The notes under the pieces were generated by a model. It was not told the DNA's origin, ran no database searches, and worked only from the letters and a program-made list of their open reading frames with translations. Shown here in pieces: positions 49,575 through 60,264 of a stretch of DNA of 64,000 nt. Origin of the DNA: an uncultured Hyphomicrobiales bacterium (lineage in GTDB: Bacteria; Bacteroidota; Ignavibacteria; Kapaibacteriales; UBA2268); NCBI GenBank assembly GCA_964472015.1, contig CAYYIP010000002.1, positions 48,977 to 112,976 of the forward strand, given 5' to 3'. The translations under genes and the position numbers were made by a program. The first letter of the stretch is position 1; each line of letters starts with the position of its first letter.

Positions 49575-50249
49575 TTATTTTATTAGTTTTATATTTTCAT
49601 ATATTGTTAAGAATTCTGCTAATATCATTGCTGTCGCGCCCCATAATGGAACAGAAGGATGTATCTGCCAGTATGGCATAATTATATCTTCTGTATCTAT
49701 TTTCCATGATTTAGTTTTTATATTTTTAAAAGAAAAAAAGTCTAAAGGGACAGTAAATGCTTCCTTTACTTCATCAGTGTTTATAATAAAATCTAGATAT
49801 TGTTTAGAGTATCCTACCACAGGAGTTATAAGAAAATTTGAAGGATATATATATATAGGTGTAAGTGTTCCTAAAATTTCTATCGTATACGGTTTTATTC
49901 CTATTTCTTCGAACGTTTCTCTTAAAGCAGTTTCTTTCGCTTGCTCATTTTTTTCTATACTTCCGCCTGGAAAACATAATTGTCCGCTGTGAGATAATAA
50001 TTGTATACTACGTAATGTAAATGTTATATGTAATTTTTCATCTCTTATTGACAGCAATAACAATACAGCACCTTTTTTAGTGTTTTTGTTTGGTTTTTTT
50101 AATGTAGGTTGATTATTACCTTTTATGTAAGGTGCTAAACGTGAAAAAGCATTGTTTCCTGGTAAATTAGAATTTTCTAATGCTTCTTTTATTTTTATTA
50201 ATATATCAATAAATTCTTTTTTTATATTATTTTTACTTATTAAATTCAT
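49575..50249 (-). CDS. CoA pyrophosphatase (Nudix, NudL/PCD1 family)
   Basis: GAVLLLL, LLSHSGQLCFPGG, ETALRETFEEIGI Nudix box, LWGATAMIL. Confidence 0.92.
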   Translation of the reverse strand: MNLISKNNIKKEFIDILIKIKEALENSNLPGNNAFSRLAPYIKGNNQPTLKKPNKNTKKGAVLLLLSIRDEKLHITFTLRSIQLLSHSGQLCFPGGSIEKNEQAKETALRETFEEIGIKPYTIEILGTLTPIYIYPSNFLITPVVGYSKQYLDFIINTDEVKEAFTVPLDFFSFKNIKTKSWKIDTEDIIMPYWQIHPSVPLWGATAMILAEFLTIYENIKLIK

Positions 50250-50587
50250 TTTTATTATAATTTTTAATATTTATATTAATTAGTTTTATTTATATAACTA
50301 TAAAAAATACAATATGGTTTAAAAATACAATATAGTTTTTTTTTATAAAAATACATAAATATTTAATAAATAAATTAAAAAATAATTTAATTTTAGTGTT
50401 TAATTAACATATACAAAATTAATTTTTTAAATACTCTATTTTTTATACAAAAAAATATAAAAAACTATCATAAGCAATATATAAAAAAACAAACTTATAA
50501 AATAAAATATTGTTTGTTATAAATGTTTTTTGTATATTTGTAACCTTAATTTATTTTTATTTAAGTGAAGAAGTTATAAACTTACTT

Positions 50588-51922
50588 ATGTTTGAAAATT
50601 TACAGGAAAAATTAGAATTATCTCTAAAGAAATTTAGGGGTCAAGCTAAAATTACCGAGGAAAATACAGAAGAAGCAATGTTAGATATACGTCGTGCTTT
50701 ATTAGATGCCGATGTTAATTTTCAAGTTGCTAAAGAATTTGTAGAATCGGTGAAGCAAAAGGCTCTTGGTACTGAAGTAAAAGGCAAAATAACACCTGAT
50801 CAACTCATTGTTAAATTAGTTCATGAAGAATTAAAAGAGACAATGGGAAATAAAAATAGTGAAATGCGATTTGCACCACATCCTCCAACAGTCGTTTTAG
50901 TTGCTGGATTGCAAGGTTCAGGTAAGACTACTTTTTGTGCAAAATTATCAAAAAACTTACGCAAAAAAGGTCGTCAACCTTTATTAGTAGCTTGTGATAT
51001 TCATAGACCTGCTGCTATTTTGCAATTAAAACAGTTAGGTGATCAAATAAAAATACCTGTATTTTCAGAAGATAATAAATCTGCAGTTGAAATTGCAGAA
51101 AATTCTATTTCTTATGCAAAAAAGTTTGCGAGAGATGTTGTTATTGTTGATACCGCAGGGCGTTTAACAATAGATGCAGAGATGATGAAGGAAGTTGAAG
51201 ATATTGCAAAAGCCATACAACCAACCGAGACCCTATTTGTTTGTGATGCTATGATAGGTCAAGATGCAGTAAATACAGCAAAATCCTTCAATGATATATT
51301 GTCTTTAACTGGAGTTGTATTAACAAAACTTGATGGTGATACTCGTGGTGGTGCGGCCTTATCTGTTTTAAAAGTAGTTGGTAAACCAATAAAATTTGTA
51401 GGTACAGGTGAGAAAGTCGATGATATAGAACCTTTTCATCCAGAACGTATAGCGTCTAGAATACTTGGAATGGGCGATATTTTGACATTAGTTGAACGTG
51501 CTGAACGTGAAATGGATGAAAAAAAAGCCGCTGAACTCGAAGAAAAAATAAAAAAGAATCAATATACATTTGATGATTTTTTAGATCATATAAATACAAT
51601 AAAAAAGATGGGTTCTATACGCGATTTAGTAGGTATGATACCGGGTATGGATAGAGCAATGCGACATAGTAATACAGAAGTAGATAATTCAGCCTTTGTT
51701 AGTGTTGAAGCTATAATTCATTCTATGACAAAAAAAGAACGAACTAATCCAAAAATAATAAATGGATCTAGAAGACAAAGAATAGCAAAAGGAAGTGGAC
51801 GAACGATTCAGGAAGTAAATAAATTATTAAAACAATTTGATGAAATGCAAAAAATAATGAAGAGTGTTGCACTAGGTAAAAAGTCAAAAGTATTTCAAAG
51901 TTTCCAAAGAATGATGGGCTAA
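50588..51922 (+). CDS. ffh: Signal recognition particle protein Ffh
   Basis: MFENLQEKL (ATG 50588 preferred over TTG 50510), GLQGSGKTT, DTAGRL, TKLDGDTRGG, FHPERIASRILGMGD. Confidence 0.97.
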   Translation: MFENLQEKLELSLKKFRGQAKITEENTEEAMLDIRRALLDADVNFQVAKEFVESVKQKALGTEVKGKITPDQLIVKLVHEELKETMGNKNSEMRFAPHPPTVVLVAGLQGSGKTTFCAKLSKNLRKKGRQPLLVACDIHRPAAILQLKQLGDQIKIPVFSEDNKSAVEIAENSISYAKKFARDVVIVDTAGRLTIDAEMMKEVEDIAKAIQPTETLFVCDAMIGQDAVNTAKSFNDILSLTGVVLTKLDGDTRGGAALSVLKVVGKPIKFVGTGEKVDDIEPFHPERIASRILGMGDILTLVERAEREMDEKKAAELEEKIKKNQYTFDDFLDHINTIKKMGSIRDLVGMIPGMDRAMRHSNTEVDNSAFVSVEAIIHSMTKKERTNPKIINGSRRQRIAKGSGRTIQEVNKLLKQFDEMQKIMKSVALGKKSKVFQSFQRMMG

Positions 51923-52044
51923 GAAATAAAAAAATAATTCAACATTATTTTACATATATTTGTTAATTTTTATAGTTATTATAAATTATTTAGGTAAACT
52001 CCATATTTGGAGTCCCTCACACTTATTATCATTAAGGAATAGAA

Positions 52045-52518
52045 ATGGTAAAACTTAGATTGAGACGTAAAGGGAAAAAAGGTTATCCCGTTTACGATAT
52101 TGTAGCAGTAGATAGCAGAGCACGTCGTGATGGTGCTTATTTAGAAAAAATAGGATATTATAATCCAAACACTGCAATTAGTAGTTTTAAATTTGAACAT
52201 GCACGTGCTATTTATTGGCTAAGTGTTGGTGCACAACCAACAGATATTGTAGAAAAATTACTTAGTTACGATGGTGTTTTATTACATAAAGCATTGTTGT
52301 CACGTGGTATGAATGAAGAAGAAATAATTCCTGAACTTGAAAAACATCGTGAGATTGTTAGAGCACGTTATATAAGAAGGAAACAATTACGTATAAAACG
52401 TAAAGAAAATAAAATTAAAGCAGAGGCAGCAAAGAAAGCAGCAGAAGAGGCAGCAGCTAATGCGGCTGTAGAGGCAGCATCAGCAGTAGAATCAGAAACG
52501 CCTCCAGCTGAAGCTTAA
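52045..52518 (+). CDS. rpsP: 30S ribosomal protein S16 with Ala/Glu-rich C-terminal extension
   Basis: MVKLRLRRKGKK..PVYDIVAVDSRARRDG..LEKIGYYNP, WLSVGAQPT; AAGGA ribosome-binding site. Confidence 0.97.
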   Translation: MVKLRLRRKGKKGYPVYDIVAVDSRARRDGAYLEKIGYYNPNTAISSFKFEHARAIYWLSVGAQPTDIVEKLLSYDGVLLHKALLSRGMNEEEIIPELEKHREIVRARYIRRKQLRIKRKENKIKAEAAKKAAEEAAANAAVEAASAVESETPPAEA

Positions 52519-52530
52519 TTTTTTATATAT

Positions 52531-52584
52531 TTTGACATTACCTAAGTGTTTAAATTATTTTAGTTGCTTAGGTAGTATCAAAAT
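52531..52584 (+). terminator. Long imperfect hairpin after rpsP, probable terminator or processing site
   Basis: TTTTGACATTACCTAAG ... CTTAGGTAGTATCAAAA, 17-bp arms with a 3-nt imperfect patch. Confidence 0.55.
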
Positions 52585-52653
52585 TTTATTTATATATAAG
52601 AAAAAAAAATATATTATTGTAACTTTTTCATAAAAAATAGTATATAGAAGTTT

Positions 52654-53397
52654 ATGAGTAGATTTTTGAATAAAATTGCGATTGTTACTGGCGGTTGCCG
52701 TGGAATAGGAAAAGCAATAGTAATGCGTTTTTTAAGTGAAGGTGCTAAAGTTTATGCTTTGGATTATTCTATTCCGGGCCCAAATGAAGTATTTATAGAA
52801 GATATAAATCTTTCTAATAATGTAGTTGTTATGCAATTAGATGTAACAAATGCCGAACAAGTTGATGAGGTATTTTCTCATATAAATGAAGTAGAAGGTA
52901 GAATAGATTTTCTTATAAATAATGCCGGGATAACTCGTGATTCTTTATTAATGAGAATGACAGAGTCCAATTGGGATTCAGTTCTTTCTACTAATCTAAA
53001 AGGTGCTTTTCTTTGTACTAAAAGCGCAACAAAATTTATGATGCAAAAAAAGTTTGGACGTATAGTCAATATAGGTTCTGTTGTTGGTATTATGGGTAAT
53101 GCTGGGCAAGCAAATTATTCTGCTTCTAAAGCAGGACTTATTGGTCTTACAAAGTCAGTCGCTAAGGAATTAGGAAGTCGTAATATATTAGTAAATTATG
53201 TAGCTCCTGGGTTTGTAAGAACTCCAATGACTGACGTTTTAACTGAAGAACAAAAAAATGAATTTTTAAAAAATATCCCTTTACGCCGTGCAGCAGAACC
53301 AACAGATATTGCTAATGTAGTAACGTTTTTCTGCTCAGATGATGCAAATTATTTGACAGGCCAAATATTACATATAGATGGCGGAATGGTAATGTAA
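52654..53397 (+). CDS. fabG: 3-oxoacyl-ACP reductase
   Basis: VTGGCRGIG, INNAGITRD, GNAGQANYSASKAG, VAPGFV.T.MT, YLTGQILHIDGGM. Confidence 0.96.
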   Translation: MSRFLNKIAIVTGGCRGIGKAIVMRFLSEGAKVYALDYSIPGPNEVFIEDINLSNNVVVMQLDVTNAEQVDEVFSHINEVEGRIDFLINNAGITRDSLLMRMTESNWDSVLSTNLKGAFLCTKSATKFMMQKKFGRIVNIGSVVGIMGNAGQANYSASKAGLIGLTKSVAKELGSRNILVNYVAPGFVRTPMTDVLTEEQKNEFLKNIPLRRAAEPTDIANVVTFFCSDDANYLTGQILHIDGGMVM

Positions 53398-53455
53398 TTT
53401 ATTATTTATTTTGATTTTTAATAATTTTTTAATAATTTTTAATAGGAAATAAAAA

Positions 53456-53701
53456 ATGGACGCAAATGAAGTCGTAACACGTGTAAAAGAAATAGTTGTA
53501 AGAAAACTTGGTGTTGATGAATCGCAAGTTACTCTTGAGGCATCTTTTACAAAAGATCTTGGTGCTGATTCTCTTGATACAGTAGAATTAGTAATGGAAT
53601 TTGAAAAAAGCTTTGATATAACTATTGAGGAGGCAGATCAAGCAAAAGTTCAAACAGTTGGTCAAGTTGTTGAATACGTAAAAAACCAATTAAAAATATA
53701 A
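53456..53701 (+). CDS. acpP: Acyl carrier protein
   Basis: [17 protein letters not shown] phosphopantetheine site. Confidence 0.97.
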   Translation: MDANEVVTRVKEIVVRKLGVDESQVTLEASFTKDLGADSLDTVELVMEFEKSFDITIEEADQAKVQTVGQVVEYVKNQLKI

Positions 53702-53723
53702 ATTTTATTTATAGTAATATTAG

Positions 53724-53761
53724 AGTTGGTAAAGTTTTTTATTAATTTTGCCAACTTTAAT
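53724..53761 (+). terminator. Hairpin between acpP and fabF, possible partial terminator
   Basis: AGTTGGTAAA ... TTTGCCAACT stem with one G-U pair, then T-rich tail. Confidence 0.5.
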
Positions 53762-53831
53762 TTTAAAAATTTATTTTAATTGTTAGTATATCGTAAAAAA
53801 TTGTATATTATTTATAAACACAAAGGTAACA

Positions 53832-55094
53832 ATGGGAAATTATAAACTTAATAGAATTGTTGTTACAGGTTTAGGAGCTGTAACAGCTGTTGGCAATAAT
53901 GTAAATGAACTTTGGACAAATATTCTTAACGGAGTGAGTGGTTGTGATTATATAACTTATTTTGATACTACTAACTTTTCTACTAAAATTGCATGTGAGA
54001 TAAAAAATTTTGATATATTGCAATTTATTAATAGAAAAGAAGCGCAACGTATGGATAGGTTTTCTCAAATTGCAATTGCGGCTACTCATATGGCTATAGA
54101 AGATGCTAATATAAATTTAGAGAAAATAGATAAAGAACGAGTAGGTGTTATTATAGGAAGTGGTATAGGTGGGATGGGTACCTATTATAATCAAACATTG
54201 GAACTTATAAAACGCGAAGGTAATCCTGATAGAATTTCACCATTTTTTATCCCAATGTTACTATCTGATATTGCAGCAGGACTTGTTGCTATTCGTTGGG
54301 GGTTAAAAGGTCCTAATTATGCAACAACTTCAGCTTGTGCTACTTCGGCACACTCTATTGCTGATAGTATTATGCTATTAGAACGTGGTGATGCTGATAT
54401 GATGATAGTTGGTGGTTCTGAATCAGTTATCACTCAAATGGGAATTGCTGGTTTTAATGCTATGAAAGCCTTATCGACTCGTAATGATTCTCCTAAAACA
54501 GCAAGTAGACCTTTTGATAAAGATCGTGATGGTTTTGTTATAGGTGAGGGTAGTGGTATTATAGTTCTTGAAACACTTGAGCATGCTATAAAAAGAAATG
54601 CTAAAATATATGCAGAAATTGGCGGGTTTGGATTGACTGATGATGCTTATCATATTACTCAACCAGCCCTAGATGGGGAAGGTGCATCAAGAGCAATGAA
54701 ACTGGCTATAAAAGATGCCGGATTTACTCCTAAAGATGTAGATTATATTAATGCACATGGAACTTCTACTTATTTTAATGATAGAAATGAAACTATTGCA
54801 ATAAAAAATGTTTTTGGCGAAGAATTAGCTTATAAACTTTCAATTAGTTCTTCTAAATCTATGATAGGACATTTGTTGGGAGCAGCTGGTAGTGTTGAAG
54901 CAATTATTACGGTGTTATCTATATATAATCAAATAATACCCCCAACAATAAATATAATTACGCCCGATCCTGAATGCGATTTAGATTATACGCCAAATAA
55001 ACCAAGAAAAAGAGAAGTAAAAGTAGCTCTTAGTAATAGCTTTGGTTTTGGAGGACATAACGCATCAATTTGTTTTAAAAAATTTCAAGAATAA
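53832..55094 (+). CDS. fabF: Beta-ketoacyl-ACP synthase II
   Basis: RIVVTGLG, TTSACATS, YINAHGTST, SKSMIGHLLGAAG, SNSFGFGGHN. Confidence 0.96.
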   Translation: MGNYKLNRIVVTGLGAVTAVGNNVNELWTNILNGVSGCDYITYFDTTNFSTKIACEIKNFDILQFINRKEAQRMDRFSQIAIAATHMAIEDANINLEKIDKERVGVIIGSGIGGMGTYYNQTLELIKREGNPDRISPFFIPMLLSDIAAGLVAIRWGLKGPNYATTSACATSAHSIADSIMLLERGDADMMIVGGSESVITQMGIAGFNAMKALSTRNDSPKTASRPFDKDRDGFVIGEGSGIIVLETLEHAIKRNAKIYAEIGGFGLTDDAYHITQPALDGEGASRAMKLAIKDAGFTPKDVDYINAHGTSTYFNDRNETIAIKNVFGEELAYKLSISSSKSMIGHLLGAAGSVEAIITVLSIYNQIIPPTINIITPDPECDLDYTPNKPRKREVKVALSNSFGFGGHNASICFKKFQE

Positions 55095-55352
55095 AAGTTT
55101 TTGAAACTATAGTAAATAAAATTATTTTTATAATAAAAGGAATGTTAAAATTATATTTTATGATTGATTTTAATATTCTTTTTTTATTTTAAATAAATAT
55201 CTATTTGTAGATAATATATTTATTTTTAGTCAATATATTATGAAAAACTATAATTATTGTTTGATTTTAATTAAAATTAATTTAGCATAATTTTTTTTGG
55301 CACAGTTTATGAAAAGAATATATATATATAATTAAAAAGACATTTTGAATAT

Positions 55353-55391
55353 ATTTATTGACAAAAAGTCAATTTATTGACAAAAAGTCAA
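55353..55391 (+). promoter_or_regulatory. Tandem 19-bp duplication, each copy carrying a TTGAC-N5-GTCAA palindrome; candidate operator of dnaK
   Basis: ATTTATTGACAAAAAGTCA at 55353-55371 and 55372-55390, 60 bp before the dnaK ATG; regulatory role is inference. Confidence 0.65.
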
Positions 55392-55438
55392 AATTTTGTT
55401 AATTTTTTAAAATAAAAAATATATAATTAAAAATATAA

Positions 55439-57367
<1,929 letters not shown>

Positions 57368-57421
57368 TTATTATAAATAATTTATAAGTTGTAATAATAT
57401 AATATATTTATATAAAAATCT

Positions 57422-57456
57422 AAAGAGAGTGAATGAAAATTTTCACTCTCTTTTTT
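57422..57456. terminator. Bidirectional Rho-independent terminator
   Basis: AAAGAGAGTGAA...TTCACTCTCTTT 12-bp stem plus T tract between convergent dnaK and rsmD. Confidence 0.85.
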
Positions 57457-57491
57457 ATTTTTATTAAAATTTTTATAATAATATTTTTTTC

Positions 57492-58058
57492 TTATAATTT
57501 TCTTAATATAATTATTTTTGAAATTCCAAATTGTCGTTCAGTTAATATTTCATAAAAATCATTTATAATTAATTGCGTAAAAATACTGGTTTCTGCAACA
57601 ATAATTCCTTTATTTGCAAGAATGGAATTTTCAATAGTTAATTGTAAAATATCATTTATTATTGAGGTCTTATATGGCGGATCGGTAAATATCAAATTTA
57701 AATAACTTTTAGGTACTATTAAATTATTATAATGATTTAAAAACTGAGTAGCATCTAATTTAAGTGTTTTATACATATTGCTATTTGTTTTTAAAAGAGA
57801 TAAAGTATTTTGTATATATTCTATTGCATTTTTATTCTTATCAACAAAATATACTTTTTTTGCACCACGACTTAAGGCTTCTATTCCTAACATTCCTGCA
57901 CCTGCACAGATATCAGCACATTCTATATCTTCAAAACTAATATAATTATTTAATATGTTAAATATAGTTTCTTTTATAGCATCTTGCGTTGGACGTATTC
58001 CAGACGGTAATTTTGTTTCTATTCGTCTGCCTTTCCATCTTCCGGAAATAATTCTCAT
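57492..58058 (-). CDS. rsmD: 16S rRNA m2G966 methyltransferase
   Basis: MRIISGRWKGRRI, IRPTQDAIKETIFN, DICAGAGMLGIEALSRGA, IFTDPPY. Confidence 0.93.
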   Translation of the reverse strand: MRIISGRWKGRRIETKLPSGIRPTQDAIKETIFNILNNYISFEDIECADICAGAGMLGIEALSRGAKKVYFVDKNKNAIEYIQNTLSLLKTNSNMYKTLKLDATQFLNHYNNLIVPKSYLNLIFTDPPYKTSIINDILQLTIENSILANKGIIVAETSIFTQLIINDFYEILTERQFGISKIIILRKL

Positions 58059-58105
58059 TTTAAATTTAATATTTTTACTTATCTAGATTGTTTTTTAATT
58101 TTTAA

Positions 58106-58813
58106 TTATATATCTAACTTATAACCAATTCCACGTATATTTTTTATAAAAGTAGCAGCTGGTCCTAATTTATCACGTAAATTTTTTATATGTACATCAA
58201 CAGTACGATCATATATATATTTTTCTTGTGTATTACTAATATAATCAATTATTCTTTCTCTAGAACATACTTTATTTGCACGTTTTGCTAATAAATTTAA
58301 TATCTTATATTCAGTAGGTGTAAGTTCAAGCTTTATACCTTTAACTTTTACTTCATAGTTTTCAGTGTCTATTTCTAATATTTTAGCAAATTTGAATGTA
58401 TTTTTATTTGGGATATTATTATAATTATTTTCTATGCGTCTAAATACTACTTTTATTCTTGCAATTAATTCTCTTGGTGAAAAAGGTTTTGTTATATAAT
58501 CATCAGCTCCTATTTCTAATCCAAATACTTTATCTATTTCTGTATCTCTTGCAGTGAGCATTATAATAGGAATGTTATAAGTTTTATTGTTTGTTTTTAA
58601 TTGCTTACAAATTTCAAATCCATCATAGTCCGGTAACATTAAGTCTAGTATGATTAAATCAGGTATTGTATTCTGTAAAAATTCAAATAAACTATTTCCA
58701 TCATTAAAACTTTTAACATTAAATCCTGTTTTTTTTAATTTTAAAGATACTAATTCTCTAATGTCAGGTTCATCATCTACAATAATAATTTTTTTCTTAT
58801 TTTCATTGTTCAT
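58106..58813 (-). CDS. OmpR/PhoB-family response regulator
   Basis: IVDDE, ILDLMLP, MLTAR, GADDYITKPF, LTPTEY, RTVDVHIKNLRDKL, IRGIGYK. Confidence 0.95.
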   Translation of the reverse strand: MNNENKKKIIIVDDEPDIRELVSLKLKKTGFNVKSFNDGNSLFEFLQNTIPDLIILDLMLPDYDGFEICKQLKTNNKTYNIPIIMLTARDTEIDKVFGLEIGADDYITKPFSPRELIARIKVVFRRIENNYNNIPNKNTFKFAKILEIDTENYEVKVKGIKLELTPTEYKILNLLAKRANKVCSRERIIDYISNTQEKYIYDRTVDVHIKNLRDKLGPAATFIKNIRGIGYKLDI

Positions 58814-58928
58814 ACTATTTACGCATTATTTGATTATAAAATAATTTAAATATATTATTTTTTTTTATCTTTTTTATTATATTATATAGTTTTTGTATTT
58901 TTGTTTTTTGTATTCATATTTTTATATT

Positions 58929-60209
58929 ATGCTATTCAGTATACTTATATATAATTTTATATTTGTTCCTATTTTTGTTTTATTAACTAAATTGTTAAAG
59001 CCGTTTATTCCTAAATTAAAAGAACGTGAAGGAAATATAAATAAATCCTTAAAAAATTTAGATAAATTAAACAAAACAGAAAAAATAATTTGGATACATT
59101 CTGCGTCTATGGGCGAATTTGAACAAGCTAAACCTATAATTGAACAGTTAAAATCCATATATTCTAATATACAAATTGTTTGTACTTTTTTTTCGCCGTC
59201 TGGATATAATACACAAAAAACATATAAATATGCAGATGCAATATCTTATCTTCCTTTTGATTCAAAAAGAAAAGTAGTTAAATTTATAAATAAAATTAAT
59301 CCTAATGTCGCTATTTTTGTTCGTTATGAATTGTGGTTAAACTACTTAACCGTATTAAAACAAAGAAATATTCCAACAATTTTAATAAATGCAACTTTTC
59401 CAAAAATAATAAAAAAAATATCTTTTTTAGCATTTTTTTATCGTAATATATTTGAATTATTTCGTGAAATATATATAATGTCAAATAAAGATTATAATGA
59501 TTTTTTAACACTTAAATTAAATACAAAATTATATAAAAGTTCTGATACAAGATTTGAAAGAATTATAGAAAAAGTTGAAGAAGCAAAAACAAAACAAATT
59601 TTATTGAAAGAATATTTCCCAAATAATAATATTATTCTTGTTGCAGGTAGTACTTGGAAAATAGATGAAGAATATATAATTGATGCAGTTATCAAGGTTA
59701 ATATAATATATAATAATATCATTAACTTAATAATTGTTCCCCACGAGCCAAATGAAAATAATATAAATAGATTAAAAAATAAAATAAATAAATTTATTTT
59801 ATTTTCACAAATAATTCGAGCTAATGAAAATTATAAATCAATTAAAATTATAGATGAAGTCGTTATTGTAGATACAATAGGAATATTGCTTAAACTATAT
59901 GGTATTGCTGATATTGCTTATGTTGGTGGTAGTTTTGGAGCAGGAGTACATAGTCTATCAGAACCTGCAGGATATGGAATTCCAATTTGTACGGGGAAAA
60001 ATTGTTTTAATTCGCCCGATGCAATACAATTAAAAGAAAAACAAGCACTTTGTATAATAGAAAATGCATCGGAATTAGAAAAATGGCTTATTAAAATTAT
60101 AGAGGATAAATCATTTAGAATAAATTCAGGTAATGCTGCAAAAAATTATATAATTAATAATGCTGGTGCTACACAACAAATTATAAAAGCTATTGAGCAA
60201 TATATATAA
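58929..60209 (+). CDS. waaA: Kdo transferase
   Basis: ATG 58929 preferred; IWIHSASMGEF, FFSPSG, YLPFD, VAGSTW, IVPHEP, DTIGILLKLY, YVGGSF..GVHSLSEPA. Confidence 0.93.
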   Translation: MLFSILIYNFIFVPIFVLLTKLLKPFIPKLKEREGNINKSLKNLDKLNKTEKIIWIHSASMGEFEQAKPIIEQLKSIYSNIQIVCTFFSPSGYNTQKTYKYADAISYLPFDSKRKVVKFINKINPNVAIFVRYELWLNYLTVLKQRNIPTILINATFPKIIKKISFLAFFYRNIFELFREIYIMSNKDYNDFLTLKLNTKLYKSSDTRFERIIEKVEEAKTKQILLKEYFPNNNIILVAGSTWKIDEEYIIDAVIKVNIIYNNIINLIIVPHEPNENNINRLKNKINKFILFSQIIRANENYKSIKIIDEVVIVDTIGILLKLYGIADIAYVGGSFGAGVHSLSEPAGYGIPICTGKNCFNSPDAIQLKEKQALCIIENASELEKWLIKIIEDKSFRINSGNAAKNYIINNAGATQQIIKAIEQYI

Positions 60210-60264
60210 TATAATATAATATAATATAATAATAATAATTATAATTATAAATTATAATTATAAC

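Noticed and set aside
30352-51962. Bacteroidota-type TAnnTTTG -7 promoter words before yebC (30352-30359, minus), mreB (30514-30521), ffh (50533-50540) and rpsP (51955-51962)
   Set aside because: Positions are plausible, but at this AT content roughly one match per spacer is expected by chance; needs TSS data, so not called as features
52330-52518. Long Ala/Glu-rich tail on S16
   Set aside because: C-terminally extended S16 is already known in Bacteroidota, Chlorobi and Actinobacteria
55281-55310. TTAGCA word upstream of dnaK as a possible CIRCE
   Set aside because: Only 6 of 9 left-arm bases match and there is no GAGTGCTAA right arm at N9
60206-60262. (ATAAT)5 and ATTATA runs between waaA and the helicase; similar low-complexity AT runs near 43420-43455
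   Set aside because: Simple AT microsatellites typical of this composition; no spacer-repeat structure, so not CRISPR
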